Shown here in pieces: positions 19,884-30,289 of a stretch of DNA of 64,000 bases. The stretch spans positions 26,551-90,550 of the IMG/VR virus record IMGVR_UViG_3300044797_000396. One strand, 5' to 3'. Source of the stretch: a virus. How positions within the stretch are numbered: the stretch's first letter is position 1; every line of letters starts with the position of its first letter. The translations under genes were made by a program, and so were the position numbers. The notes below the pieces were generated by a model that was not told the origin of the DNA, did not search any database, and saw nothing but the letters and a program-made list of their open reading frames with translations.

Positions 19884-20485
19884 TAGATAAATTAGAAGAA
19901 ACAGGCGGGGAACTAACCGCTATTCCCAACGACAAGTATCGTAAGTTCTTTGACAAGTTTGCCGAGATCGAAACGCTAGATGTTTCGCAGTGGAAAGTGG
20001 CACATTTATTGGGCTATTTCTGCAAAAGATACAAGGAAGCATTAGGAACGGATTATGCTTGGAAGTTCAACAATCCCAGCCCCACCAAATGTTTTGAGGT
20101 ATGGCAAGCCAATACCCTGGCTGCAAAACTCTCTGCTAATCCTAAAATCCTCAAAGACTACATTGATTGGGCGTTTGACACTTTGGTTAAGGGTAAGAAA
20201 TACAAGCCGCGTTCCATTTCCTTCCTCACCAAAGAAGAAGTGGTTATCCCTTATAAGATGAATGTTTTGTTGGCTGGACAAAGAAACTCCAATGTGGATC
20301 GTTCTGCTTCCCTGCCAACTATCTACCAAGATATTCTACAACAAACGGCTGGTATTACTATTAGCACGTATGGTGATTTAGCTTTTATCTCACAAGCCGA
20401 GCCATTACCAGACAACATCATATTAGCGTTGGATCGAATGGTGGAGGCAGGATTTGATCGAGAAGTATTGAAGAGAATAGTATGA
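19880..20485 (+). CDS. Hypothetical protein in replication module (possible initiator-like)
   Basis: ATGA overlap with upstream gene; lies between helicase and DnaC/DnaB; function inferred from context only. Confidence 0.55.
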   Translation: MIDKLEETGGELTAIPNDKYRKFFDKFAEIETLDVSQWKVAHLLGYFCKRYKEALGTDYAWKFNNPSPTKCFEVWQANTLAAKLSANPKILKDYIDWAFDTLVKGKKYKPRSISFLTKEEVVIPYKMNVLLAGQRNSNVDRSASLPTIYQDILQQTAGITISTYGDLAFISQAEPLPDNIILALDRMVEAGFDREVLKRIV

Positions 20486-20793
20486 TAGTTATTAAAAAAC
20501 GAAAACTTAATTTTCTTGTGGGTGGCACAAACCCCGGAAGAATGACGCTTGATGTATTGAAGATATTTCGTCTTCCATACAATCTAACATTTATTCCCGA
20601 TGAAGATAACATTTTAGAATTTGCTGTTAAACAGGCTCAAAATCTTAATTGGGATCCTGACACAACTTTGTGTGTCTGGACTAATAAGTCGCCTGCTCCG
20701 TATCCGCGTGTCTCTTTGTTTATTAAAGACATGACTGTTGAGAGACTGATTAGTGCTACCGATAGAGTGGCAAAATTAAAGGCATTCATATGA
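20482..20793 (+). CDS. Hypothetical protein with C-terminal tag (RVAKLKAFI)
   Basis: Paralog of next gene. Confidence 0.7.
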   Translation: MIVIKKRKLNFLVGGTNPGRMTLDVLKIFRLPYNLTFIPDEDNILEFAVKQAQNLNWDPDTTLCVWTNKSPAPYPRVSLFIKDMTVERLISATDRVAKLKAFI

Positions 20794-21095
20794 TGATTAT
20801 TAAGCCAAGAAAATTTCGAGCCCGCACAAAATGGCAGGAACATAGCATAGGTATATTTGATATTTTAGATGCGCTTCATATCCAACATATTGAGATGGAA
20901 GCTCCATATGATATTGATGTTTTAGAAACTTATAAGCAAAATATTTTATCAATGAATTGGGATATTAATAAAGCCATGGTAATGCCTGTAAAAGCTCCTG
21001 GTAGAAGGCGTCTTGCATTGATTATCAATGATATAACTTTTGAGAAACTTGTGGATGCCATCAATAGGGCGGTAAAATTAAAGGCGTTTTTATGA
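20790..21095 (+). CDS. Hypothetical protein with C-terminal tag (RAVKLKAFL)
   Basis: Shares MI.IK.RK, ILE, NWD, L.I.D.T.E.L with 20482..20793. Confidence 0.7.
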   Translation: MMIIKPRKFRARTKWQEHSIGIFDILDALHIQHIEMEAPYDIDVLETYKQNILSMNWDINKAMVMPVKAPGRRRLALIINDITFEKLVDAINRAVKLKAFL

Positions 21096-21556
21096 CAGAC
21101 ATAAAAATTGGAAAGCACGTTAAATATTTTTTGCGCAATGGAATGGTATTGGAAGGTTTTGTCGAAAAAGACACTCCCTCCGAATGCATATTAAAATCAA
21201 TAGATGGTAAAAATCTATTGATTGTGCATCGTCCAACCGAGGATATATTGCTGACGAAGGTGCTGCTAGAAGAGCCTGAAATTGTAGAAGAAAAAGTTAT
21301 TGAAACTCCTAAAAAATTGACAGAAACTCAACAAGAAGTCAGAGATAAGTTGCAGCAAGTTATACGGCCCACGGGCGAACCAGAGCTTGATAAACTAAAT
21401 ATCAAACAGCTACGTGTGCTGGTGCAAGAGCAAGATAAACAAATCATCGCTCAGAAAAAGAAGGAGCACTTTGGAAGTCCAGGGGCTGCCAAACGAGCCG
21501 TACCATATAGCACACCGAAATCAGCATATATGCCCGGCAAACTGCCAAGGATGTAA
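21092..21556 (+). CDS. Hypothetical protein, possible Sm-like N-terminal domain
   Basis: IGKHVKYFLRNGMVLEGFV pattern. Confidence 0.5.
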   Translation: MTDIKIGKHVKYFLRNGMVLEGFVEKDTPSECILKSIDGKNLLIVHRPTEDILLTKVLLEEPEIVEEKVIETPKKLTETQQEVRDKLQQVIRPTGEPELDKLNIKQLRVLVQEQDKQIIAQKKKEHFGSPGAAKRAVPYSTPKSAYMPGKLPRM

Positions 21557-21558
21557 GT

Positions 21559-22263
21559 ATGGAACCGTTAAACTTTGTTCGCTCATCAGCATTAAATAAT
21601 ATTCCAACTAAAAAACTACAAGATAAGCTAACTGCCATACAAGAAGGGGAAGATGCTCAGGAAGCTAAGATTATCAAGCTAATCGCTATCAATCGTTATG
21701 CTGAGAGTAATATTCCTATTGAGTATTGGGGATTGTCGATGGAAAAAGATTTCACTGGGGATCCTCGCCTCAAACAGAAGTATGATGAATATGTGGTGGA
21801 CGTCAAGAATTCTTACATTACTGGCAACTCTCTGTGTTTAGCAGGAGCGCATGGTCTGGGCAAAACTATGACGGTCACTTGTATGCTTAAAAAGGCTGCT
21901 CAAAAAGGATACACTTGCCTCTACACTAATTTGAGTGATATCGTTTCAGTGATGACGCAAGCTAGTAGTGAAGATAAGTTTCTATCTAGACGAGAATTGG
22001 TGTTGGTAGATTTTTTAGTGATTGATGAATTCGATCCTAGATTTATGGCAACGGAGAATGCGGCTGATTTATATGCTAGAAGTTTAGAGGGCGTGTTCCG
22101 CACTCGTAGTCAGAATAAACTACCTACTTTGATGTGCACTAATAGCCCCAATGTAGTAGAAAGTTTTAGCGGCCCACTCCGAGCTAGTATTGACAGTTTG
22201 ATGAAGGGGTATATGAAAGTCTTCTCCGTATTAGGCGATGATTTTAGAAAGAAGGGTAAATGA
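21559..22263 (+). CDS. DnaC/IstB-like AAA+ helicase loader
   Basis: Walker A GAHGLGKT, Walker B FLVIDE, PTLMCTN; directly upstream of DnaB. Confidence 0.8.
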   Translation: MEPLNFVRSSALNNIPTKKLQDKLTAIQEGEDAQEAKIIKLIAINRYAESNIPIEYWGLSMEKDFTGDPRLKQKYDEYVVDVKNSYITGNSLCLAGAHGLGKTMTVTCMLKKAAQKGYTCLYTNLSDIVSVMTQASSEDKFLSRRELVLVDFLVIDEFDPRFMATENAADLYARSLEGVFRTRSQNKLPTLMCTNSPNVVESFSGPLRASIDSLMKGYMKVFSVLGDDFRKKGK

Positions 22264-23669
22264 GCTTTAACGCGTTAGATTTAACAGTTCTCAAAAGTAT
22301 CATTTCCAATAAAAAGCACGGTCTAGATTTCGCCAATGATAGCGATGCTAAAATCTTTTCTCCCGAAGTATGGAATTTTGCCAATGTAGTAGTGGGATAC
22401 ATCCGCACTCACAAAGAGCTTCCGACCTTACGAGTGATCTCGGAAAAATTATCCAAAGGCAATAACGATAAGTTGGTAGAAAATATCAAAATTATCTGGG
22501 CGGAATTAGATAAAATTACGGCCAACGAACACGAGTATAAACACGACCTAGAAAAAGTCAAGCAACGCTTTGCCGAAAAACAACTCCTCAACACACGAGA
22601 TGCACTGGTCAAGTTAGAGCCGGGCAGCATAGATGTCAATAAGTCCATTCTAGAATTGCAAAAAACAATTCAATCTGTCAAGTCGTTGCACCAAGTTCGT
22701 TCTTATGAACGCAAAACCTTGAAGGAAGCAGTCACTGGCTTCCGTGATGAATACAATGCCAAATTGCAAGATCCCAATTTTGACGCTGGTATCCAAACAG
22801 GATATTCCTATTTAGACTATGTGACGGGTGGACTACGACCTGGTGAATTACTTCTCATTGGTGGTGAGAGCGGATCTGGTAAAAGTATGTTACTGATGAA
22901 TATGGCTATTCAGATTTGGTTGCAAAATAATAAACCAGAAGTGCAGCCGGCATATCTACCTGGAAAAAATGTCCTTTATTTTTCATTGGAAATGCCTTTC
23001 AAGCCCTGTCTCAACCGCGTGTTAGGAAGACTGTCCTCTAGCCCAACTAAACTAATTCGTCAGGCTAAACTTAATCAAATGGACGCAGAAAACCTTAAAA
23101 AAGTGCTGAGATTTATTAATGCGTACCCTTATCACTTTGAGATTGTGGATATTCCTCGTGGAGCTACCATAGAAAGTTTGGAGTTGATATATGAGGAAGC
23201 CAAGGCCATTTATAATCCTGACATCGTGGTCATCGATTATTTAGGTTTGATGGATTATCAAGGAGGCAAAGATTTGGATGATTGGCTGAAACTTGGTAAA
23301 ATCAGCGAGGCATGCCACGAATTTTCCAGGGTACATAATTGCACCACGTTAAGCGCAGTGCAACTCAATCGCCCAAAAAGCAACAAAGAAGAGGATAAAA
23401 TTGGATTGCATCGTATTGGTCGTTCAGGGTTGATTATGACTAATGCTAATATTGCTATTCAAATTGAAAATCGTCATAATGAAAAAAGTTTTCCAGATAT
23501 GAAGTATCACATAATTAAAATGAGGGATGGTGAGCTTGGTTCTGCCACCCTCATCAAAGATTTGGCACGAGGTTCTTTGCTCGACAATCCAATAGAAGAA
23601 GACACCACTACTTTTGAGCTGCGTGATATAGATGACATATCAGAAAAGATCGAGCGACTGGACATATAG
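22260..23669 (+). CDS. dnaB: Replicative DNA helicase, DnaB family
   Basis: TGYSYLD..TGGLRPGEL, GESGSGKS, FSLEM, VVIDYL, QLNR, KMRDG. Confidence 0.92.
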   Translation: MSFNALDLTVLKSIISNKKHGLDFANDSDAKIFSPEVWNFANVVVGYIRTHKELPTLRVISEKLSKGNNDKLVENIKIIWAELDKITANEHEYKHDLEKVKQRFAEKQLLNTRDALVKLEPGSIDVNKSILELQKTIQSVKSLHQVRSYERKTLKEAVTGFRDEYNAKLQDPNFDAGIQTGYSYLDYVTGGLRPGELLLIGGESGSGKSMLLMNMAIQIWLQNNKPEVQPAYLPGKNVLYFSLEMPFKPCLNRVLGRLSSSPTKLIRQAKLNQMDAENLKKVLRFINAYPYHFEIVDIPRGATIESLELIYEEAKAIYNPDIVVIDYLGLMDYQGGKDLDDWLKLGKISEACHEFSRVHNCTTLSAVQLNRPKSNKEEDKIGLHRIGRSGLIMTNANIAIQIENRHNEKSFPDMKYHIIKMRDGELGSATLIKDLARGSLLDNPIEEDTTTFELRDIDDISEKIERLDI

Positions 23670-24376
23670 TGAAAAAAGTGTGCATTAGATGTGGAGTTGA
23701 AAAAGATACAGACAATAGTGATTTTTCCTTCATAAAAAAGACTCAAAAATACGATAACACTTGTAGACAGTGCAACAGAGAATACCAAGAGAACTATCGT
23801 GAAGAAAACAAACAAGTATTGTTATCTGATAAAAAACTATACTATCAAAATAATAGGGTGAGTATAAGGGCCAAGCAAAAACTCTACAGGCAACAAAATC
23901 TTGACGCGTATAAGATACGAGACAAAAAGTATTATGAAAACAATAAGGATACAATAATTTTCAAGAAGCGTGCTTATAAAAAGAAACGACGAGAAACAGA
24001 CCCAGTTTTCAATTTGAGAAACACGATATCAAGAGCTATAACTTTAATGATTTCTTCCCAAGGTGCCATAAAACATAGGAAATCTTGTTTGAAACATCTA
24101 CCATACACCATTCAAGAATTAAAAGATCACTTGGAAAAACAATTTGAGCCGTGGATGAATTGGGATAATCACGGAGTATATGTCAGTAATCAGTGGGATA
24201 ATAATGATTCATCTACTTGGTTTTGGCAGCTTGATCATATTGTGCCGCAATCTGACTTGTCTTATTCATCAATGGAAGATGATAATTTTAAGAAGTGTTG
24301 GGCATTAGAGAATTTACGACCTCTCAGCGCTAAACAAAACCATCTGGATGGTGTCAATAGAACGAGACATAAATAA
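23669..24376 (+). CDS. Free-standing HNH-type endonuclease
   Basis: N-terminal CxxC..CxxC, K/Y-rich repeats, WQLDHIVP...NLRPL..KQN. Confidence 0.75.
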   Translation: MKKVCIRCGVEKDTDNSDFSFIKKTQKYDNTCRQCNREYQENYREENKQVLLSDKKLYYQNNRVSIRAKQKLYRQQNLDAYKIRDKKYYENNKDTIIFKKRAYKKKRRETDPVFNLRNTISRAITLMISSQGAIKHRKSCLKHLPYTIQELKDHLEKQFEPWMNWDNHGVYVSNQWDNNDSSTWFWQLDHIVPQSDLSYSSMEDDNFKKCWALENLRPLSAKQNHLDGVNRTRHK

Positions 24377-24395
24377 GCATATAATAAGGGTTAAA

Positions 24396-24572
24396 ATGAA
24401 ACCAGATGAAGAAGTTGTCGGGGAGGCAGTCAGAGTAGAATATACGGAACACGATGGTAAACTATTTTTAGTCTTTGAGATAACGAACGAAAAATATAAA
24501 CAAGATATCAAGTTAAATTGGATAAAAGATTTAGAATACAAAATTGTGGATAAGTCTTTGGTAAAAAAATGA
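24396..24572 (+). CDS. Small hypothetical protein
   Basis: ATG 24396 after AAGGG. Confidence 0.55.
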   Translation: MKPDEEVVGEAVRVEYTEHDGKLFLVFEITNEKYKQDIKLNWIKDLEYKIVDKSLVKK

Positions 24573-24922
24573 ATGATATAGAATATAACAATCTCATATT
24601 GTTGGCAGAAAATTACAAACACATATGCATCAATATGTCCGAATATACTGGTATAATTACTGGACAATACTGGAAGCTAATGTCTCTAATTACAGAACAA
24701 AAAATTATACAAGCTGGTTTATACGGAACTCTTTTTAGCGCCAAACTTTGGGTGGGAAAACATATTGCCCCTAGTTATGTTTCGGTATCTAATAATGGTA
24801 CCATAACCAGCATTGAAGAAATATGGTTAAATGAGGAGGAACTTAGTAAGTGGTCGGATCAGTGCCCACTAAAATTAGCTAACGAGATGGAACGAGCACT
24901 GAAACTGAAAGCTTTTTGGTAA
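24569..24922 (+). CDS. Hypothetical protein with C-terminal tag (RALKLKAFW)
   Basis: 117 aa, shared motif. Confidence 0.7.
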   Translation: MNDIEYNNLILLAENYKHICINMSEYTGIITGQYWKLMSLITEQKIIQAGLYGTLFSAKLWVGKHIAPSYVSVSNNGTITSIEEIWLNEEELSKWSDQCPLKLANEMERALKLKAFW

Positions 24923-24923
24923 A

Positions 24924-25076
24924 ATGATTGAACTAACTTATTATTTTTGTGAGCCTTGTGGCCACGAATGGAAAAACAAAAGTGATTTTGTCCAACAATG
25001 TCCGAATTGCCAGTCCGATAATATCTACATTTCTGAATTAACAGATACGCAGCCAGAGGGTATAAAGGAAGAATAA
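24924..25076 (+). CDS. Small zinc-ribbon protein (not in ORF track)
   Basis: Read from sequence: MIELTYYFCEPCGHEW...CPNC...EE*, 50 aa, fills gap exactly. Confidence 0.6.
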   Translation: MIELTYYFCEPCGHEWKNKSDFVQQCPNCQSDNIYISELTDTQPEGIKEE

Positions 25077-25077
25077 A

Positions 25078-25269
25078 ATGAGTTTATGGTGCTTTACAGA
25101 TCAACCAATAAAAATTGGCGATGAGTATCAGGGATATTTAGTAGTTAATATCCAGCAAAAAATAATGCCATCAGTTTTGATGTATAACTATCACGCTCGC
25201 TTGCAAAATCTACCAGAGCAACCAGAGATAATGAAACAATGTATCCAACTTTCAAGCAAGGAAAAATAA
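25078..25269 (+). CDS. Small hypothetical protein
   Basis: 63 aa, tight packing. Confidence 0.5.
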   Translation: MSLWCFTDQPIKIGDEYQGYLVVNIQQKIMPSVLMYNYHARLQNLPEQPEIMKQCIQLSSKEK

Positions 25270-25332
25270 ATTCCTTCTGATAGGCAATTACGTTATTAAC
25301 ATAATACTTATCAATATAAGTGTATTAATATT

Positions 25333-26148
25333 ATGACAATTTTATCTATTAAAGAAATCCCAATATTGCCTTCTGGCAAATATAAACACAGAGAGATATT
25401 ATTAAAATGTGATGAGTGTGGAATAGAATATACCAGACCACATAGTAAAAATAGGGATTTAAAAAGCGAATTACATTTTTGTTCTAAACGGTGTAGCGAT
25501 AAATCAATAACTGATGGTGCATTAAGGCAAAAATCAGTTAATACAATGAATGTAAAGTATGGCTCGTCATATGTTAAAACTAAAAAATTTAAAGTTGAAC
25601 GGGAAGAAACATTTTTACGTAAGTACGGGGTTAAAAGTATACTTAATTCTCCTGAAATAAAACAAAAGATCAGAAAAAGTAATTTAGAAAAGTATGGTCA
25701 GGAAGTTTATGCCGGCAGTGATGATTGGGAGTCGAAATTAGATCGTATTGAAATCGCCCGTAAAGCGTGGCTTACCAAAATTGAAAATGGCACTTGCTCT
25801 AAATCGGCTCCTGAGGAAAAATTATTTTTGCTATTAGAAAGTGTTTTTGGTAAAAGTGATATAAAAAGGCAAGTTCGTGTTATTAGACGGTGGATAGATT
25901 TTTATATAATTTCTATAGATTTATATATCCAAGTAGATGGGGTCTATTGGCACGGGCTCAACAGAAACATTGAGCTAATTAAACTAGGAAAAACATCACA
26001 AGATAGGAAAATATATAAACAAATATTAAGAGATCAAAAACTTAATCAATATATGAAAGATAATAATTTTAGGTTAGTCAGATTAACTGATGAACAAATT
26101 AAAACTTATTTACCAGAAGATATCATTGCTATATTAAAAGGAACGTAA
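25333..26148 (+). CDS. Free-standing endonuclease, Vsr/DUF559-like C-terminus
   Basis: CxxC..FCSxxC, KYG repeats, SAPE, IDFYI..VDGVYWH, RD..LN, LVRL. Confidence 0.7.
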   Translation: MTILSIKEIPILPSGKYKHREILLKCDECGIEYTRPHSKNRDLKSELHFCSKRCSDKSITDGALRQKSVNTMNVKYGSSYVKTKKFKVEREETFLRKYGVKSILNSPEIKQKIRKSNLEKYGQEVYAGSDDWESKLDRIEIARKAWLTKIENGTCSKSAPEEKLFLLLESVFGKSDIKRQVRVIRRWIDFYIISIDLYIQVDGVYWHGLNRNIELIKLGKTSQDRKIYKQILRDQKLNQYMKDNNFRLVRLTDEQIKTYLPEDIIAILKGT

Positions 26149-26149
26149 A

Positions 26150-26470
26150 ATGCCACATTATGAATATGAATGTCCCGAACACGGAATATTTGAGGAGTTT
26201 CATTCTATACTTCTAAAATTAGAAAATTGTCCGCGATGCAAAGAGACGGGCAAAGAGCAGCCCATCAAACGACTAATTTCTCTTGGTGGCAAAGGAGTAG
26301 TGGAGCTCTACGGAAATGAATTGGTAGAGAAGTGCAAAGATGATGCCCAGAAACTCAAAAAGGAAGCTGCCAAAGACGAAAAGGTATATGCTAATCTTTT
26401 AGGAGAAGAGAAATATCAAAGTATGCAAACTAGAATGGATCAACAAAAGAGAATACGAAGAAGCAAGTGA
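26150..26470 (+). CDS. FmdB-family zinc-ribbon protein
   Basis: MPHYEYECxxHG.FE..CPxC..KRLIS. Confidence 0.8.
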   Translation: MPHYEYECPEHGIFEEFHSILLKLENCPRCKETGKEQPIKRLISLGGKGVVELYGNELVEKCKDDAQKLKKEAAKDEKVYANLLGEEKYQSMQTRMDQQKRIRRSK

Positions 26471-26473
26471 ATT

Positions 26474-26665
26474 ATGCCAAACTACTTATATGAATGTCCA
26501 ATCCACGGAGAATTTGAGCACGAACATTCCATTACAGAACAATTAGAGTTTTGCCCTACTTGCCCTGACTTGGGTGGTCGTCCAAAAGTTAAACGACTAA
26601 TTGCTAGTGGCACCAACTTTATTTTAGGTGGTAGTGGCTGGGCCAGAGAGGGATATTCCAAGTGA
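26474..26665 (+). CDS. FmdB-family zinc-ribbon protein
   Basis: MPNYLYECxxHG.FE..CPxC..KRLI..F.L.GSGW. Confidence 0.82.
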   Translation: MPNYLYECPIHGEFEHEHSITEQLEFCPTCPDLGGRPKVKRLIASGTNFILGGSGWAREGYSK

Positions 26666-26802
26666 GCCAAGACAGAGATAATAGCAAGCTAAAAAACATC
26701 GTTGAGCTACTACAATTTGCTTTATCTTTGGACGATGAAGAAATTATTAGAACGACTATTGAAAGTGTTATTGAATTATTGCAAGAAGAAATCACCAAAT
26801 AA
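26662..26802 (+). CDS. Small acidic helical protein (not in ORF track)
   Basis: GTGA overlap start, 46 aa, read from sequence. Confidence 0.45.
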   Translation: MSQDRDNSKLKNIVELLQFALSLDDEEIIRTTIESVIELLQEEITK

Positions 26803-26896
26803 ATACGTTATGTTATGACGCTGATGCGCTATATTTTCAAGCCCCAATGCATAACAAGATATACTATTACTTTCGAGCCGAAGAGAGAAAATAAAC

Positions 26897-27526
26897 ATGT
26901 TGACAGAACTAGAAGCGCATGACCTAATGACTAAGTTGATTGATCTCAGGACGAGGTTTGCAGAAACCAACGACACCAAGATTGAGGCTGAATTGAAGCG
27001 TCATGAAAAAGAATGTATTGAAAAGTTTAAGTATCTTGTGACGATGAGGACTGTCCGTTATAAGTCTTTTAGTAATTACGAAGATCTCAATCAAGAAGGT
27101 TTTGAGGCCCTAATCAAAGCTATGAAAACCTTTAAGCCTAACAAGGGTAATTTCTTTGCTTGGGCGCATAATTATATTGGCACTCGTATTTCGAGAAGCG
27201 CTAATTTGCACACTACTATTCGTTTTCCGTTGAAGGTGGCCAAAGCGCACACTCCACATAAGGAAGCGATTATGCCGTTGCAAATTGAAGAGCGTTTTTG
27301 CCCAGATAAAGAGTTAGAAGAGTCACAAACCACCCACGCTATTCATAAGGCCTTGTCTGTTCTCTCTAAAGAACAACGAGAAATTATTAGTTTGGCGTAT
27401 GGGTTTGATGGTGACAAGCCAATGTCAATTAATAAAATATGTAAAAAACTCAATATCTCTCGATTGAACTATATCAAAACAATCAGTAGTTCCCTTTCTT
27501 ATATGAAAGAGAACATAAAAATATAA
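26897..27526 (+). CDS. RNA polymerase sigma70-family factor
   Basis: Region 2 EDLNQEGFEALIKA..F.P.KG.F..WA; region 4 LS.EQREII.L.YG..MS..KI..KLNISR. Confidence 0.85.
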   Translation: MLTELEAHDLMTKLIDLRTRFAETNDTKIEAELKRHEKECIEKFKYLVTMRTVRYKSFSNYEDLNQEGFEALIKAMKTFKPNKGNFFAWAHNYIGTRISRSANLHTTIRFPLKVAKAHTPHKEAIMPLQIEERFCPDKELEESQTTHAIHKALSVLSKEQREIISLAYGFDGDKPMSINKICKKLNISRLNYIKTISSSLSYMKENIKI

Positions 27527-27608
27527 CGCGTTGTAACATAGGACGCACCTCATGCTTAACCTTAACAATTAAGTAGCTGGATACTTTTTACCTTATTTCA
27601 GGACACAT

Positions 27609-28574
27609 ATGACTTTACTAACGCCCCGAGTTTCTTACGCCCCCTTCGAATATCAAAAAGCTTACCAGTACTGGGAACTACAACAACAATCACATTGGCT
27701 GCATACCGAAGTATCCATGGCATCCGATATTAATGATTGGAAAATGAAGCTAAATGAAACAGAAAAAAATATCATCGGACATATTCTAAAAGGTTTTACT
27801 CAATCAGAAGTATTCATTCAAGAATATTGGGGGCAAATGGTGGGCAAGTGGTTTAAGAAGCCAGAAATCCAAATGATGGCTGCCACTTTTTCTTCTTTTG
27901 AGAGCATTCATGCCGTCTCTTATGCTTATCTAAATCAGTCATTGGGCATTGAAGACTTTGAGGCTTTTCTCCATGAACCGACCGCCAAAGCCAAGATTGA
28001 TCGTTTGATCGCTGCCAAAGGAAAAAGTAAGGAAGAGATTGCTCGTAGTTTGGCGATCTTTTCTGCTTTCAACGAAGGCGTTAATCTTTTTTCTTCTTTT
28101 GCCGTGCTCCTCAACTTCTCTCGATTCAATAAGCTGAAAGGCGTGGGGCAAATTATTGCTTTCTCTATTAAAGATGAGAGCTTGCACTCCGAAGCTGGCT
28201 GTTGGTTATTTAGAACGTTGATTAGCGAGTTTCCTGAGATTATGACCGATACTCTCAAAGAAGAAATTTATGATGCCGCTCGTCTGACCGTAGAGTTAGA
28301 AGATGCTTTTATTTCCAAGGCCTTTGAGTATGGCTCCGTGGAAGGATTGGATTTTCACGACCTCAAAACTTTTATTCGTTTCCGCACTAATACTAAGTTG
28401 GGCGATTTGGGCCTTGGTAAGCTGTGGAAAAATATTGACAAACAAGCTATGGAAAGAATGGCGTGGTTTGATATTATGTCAGCTGGCACTTCACATGACG
28501 ACTTTTTTGCTAGCCGTGTAAATTCATACGCCAAAGGAACTATGGACTTTTCTCACGTATGGGATGTAGCATGA
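27609..28574 (+). CDS. nrdB: Ribonucleotide reductase class I beta subunit
   Basis: ESIHAVSY, EGVNLFSSF, DESLH iron ligands; DFF near C-terminus. Confidence 0.92.
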   Translation: MTLLTPRVSYAPFEYQKAYQYWELQQQSHWLHTEVSMASDINDWKMKLNETEKNIIGHILKGFTQSEVFIQEYWGQMVGKWFKKPEIQMMAATFSSFESIHAVSYAYLNQSLGIEDFEAFLHEPTAKAKIDRLIAAKGKSKEEIARSLAIFSAFNEGVNLFSSFAVLLNFSRFNKLKGVGQIIAFSIKDESLHSEAGCWLFRTLISEFPEIMTDTLKEEIYDAARLTVELEDAFISKAFEYGSVEGLDFHDLKTFIRFRTNTKLGDLGLGKLWKNIDKQAMERMAWFDIMSAGTSHDDFFASRVNSYAKGTMDFSHVWDVA

Positions 28575-30265
28575 ACTTGGAAGAGCTAAAACAAGCAGGA
28601 GAGGCTCCAAATTGGTTGACAGAAGAAGGATATCGCACATTGAGTGGCGGCTATTTGCTCACCAACGAAACTCCCCGTCAAATGTACACGCGCATTGCAC
28701 AAGCAGCCGCTTCTTATTACGAGGACTCTGAGAAATGGCAAGACAAATTCTTCAATGCGTTGTGGAAGAATTGGTTATGTCCTGCCTCTCCGGTAGCTGC
28801 TAATTTAGGTGCGGATCGAGGTCTCCCTATTTCCTGCAATACTGTTCATGTGGATGATAGTGTTGACTCTATCTTTATGAAGAATTATGAATTTGCTGTT
28901 CTCTCTAAAAACGGAGCGGGTGTTGGAATTTACTTTGGGGATATCAGAGGCAGAGGCACCCCTATCAAAGGCAATGGCGTTAGTGAAGGCGTTATTCCGT
29001 GGGCCAAAATATTTGATACAACGACCGTGTCAATCAGTCAAGGAAGTACTCGTAGAGGTGCTTCGGCTATCTATTTGCCTATTGAGCATCCTGATATTCA
29101 GGAATTCATTAATATTAGGCGCCCCACGGGAGACGCCAATCGTAGATGTCTAAATATTAATCATGGTGTTTGTATTAGTGATGCTTGGATGCAATCTATG
29201 CAAGCTGGTGATAAAGAGAAACGACAAATTTGGATGGAAATCTTGAAGGCTCGCGTGGAAACCGGTGAACCTTATTTGTTTTTTACTGATAATGTTAATA
29301 ACAATAACCCAGAGTGTTATGTCAAAAATAATCTAACGGTCAAGAGTTCTAATATTTGTTCAGAAATTACTTTACATACTGATCCTAATCACAGTTTTGT
29401 ATGTTGCTTATCTTCCCTTAACCTAGTGCGTTGGGAAGAATGGAGAGAGACAGATACCGTCAATGTGGCAGTCAGATTTTTAGATGCGGTGTTGTCAGAA
29501 TACATTAAGAAGACGGAACATATTAAAGGTATGGAAGCTTCCCGAGCCTCCGCTATCAAGGGTAGGGCTATTGGTCTGGGTGTTCTGGGCTGGCATACTA
29601 TGTTGCAGGAGAAGGGTATTGCTTTTGAGAGCTTCGATGCTATGCAGTTGAACGCTCAAATCTTTCGTTCCATTCGTGCCAAAGCAGAAGAAGAAACTAA
29701 ATTGTTAGCGGAAGAGTTGGGAGAGCCAGAGTGGTGTCAAGGGTTCGGTAGACGCAATACCCACCTATTGTCCGTGGCTCCAACAGTTTCTAATTCTACT
29801 ATTTCGGGAGGCCATAGCGCGGGTATCGAGCCGATCTCCGCTAACGTTTTTACTCAGAAGTCAGCTAAGGGTACTTTTATTCGCAAAAATATTACTTTGG
29901 AAAAGCTATTGGCCACCAAAGAAAAAAATACTCCCGAGGTTTGGAAGTCTATTAATGAGCAAAATGGTAGTGTTCAGCACCTTTCCTGCTTGACAGAGCA
30001 GGAAAAGCAAGTCTTTCTAACAGCTCGTGAAATCAATCAGTTTGCCGTTATCAAATTAGCAGTACAGCGACAGAAGTGGATTGATCAAGCACAGTCAGTT
30101 AATTTATTTTTTGCCATGAACTCTGACCCTAAATATATACACGAAGTACATATTGCAGCCTGGAAAGGCGGATTAAAGACACTATACTATTTCCGTAGTG
30201 ATGGTGTAATCAAGAGTGATTTAGCTTCTAGAAGTGAAGATGATTGTAAAGCTTGTGAGGCCTAA
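28571..30265 (+). CDS. nrdA: Ribonucleotide reductase class I alpha subunit (short, no ATP cone evident)
   Basis: PISC, RRGA, GEPY, SNICSE, APTVS, IDQAQS, KTLYY, terminal CKACEA. Confidence 0.93.
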   Translation: MNLEELKQAGEAPNWLTEEGYRTLSGGYLLTNETPRQMYTRIAQAAASYYEDSEKWQDKFFNALWKNWLCPASPVAANLGADRGLPISCNTVHVDDSVDSIFMKNYEFAVLSKNGAGVGIYFGDIRGRGTPIKGNGVSEGVIPWAKIFDTTTVSISQGSTRRGASAIYLPIEHPDIQEFINIRRPTGDANRRCLNINHGVCISDAWMQSMQAGDKEKRQIWMEILKARVETGEPYLFFTDNVNNNNPECYVKNNLTVKSSNICSEITLHTDPNHSFVCCLSSLNLVRWEEWRETDTVNVAVRFLDAVLSEYIKKTEHIKGMEASRASAIKGRAIGLGVLGWHTMLQEKGIAFESFDAMQLNAQIFRSIRAKAEEETKLLAEELGEPEWCQGFGRRNTHLLSVAPTVSNSTISGGHSAGIEPISANVFTQKSAKGTFIRKNITLEKLLATKEKNTPEVWKSINEQNGSVQHLSCLTEQEKQVFLTAREINQFAVIKLAVQRQKWIDQAQSVNLFFAMNSDPKYIHEVHIAAWKGGLKTLYYFRSDGVIKSDLASRSEDDCKACEA

Positions 30266-30289
30266 TACTAAAATGGTATTACTAGTGAA

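Noticed and set aside
22260-30265. Inteins or introns in dnaB, nrdA or nrdB
   Set aside because: Proteins are of normal or short length with contiguous motifs and no intein terminal signatures.
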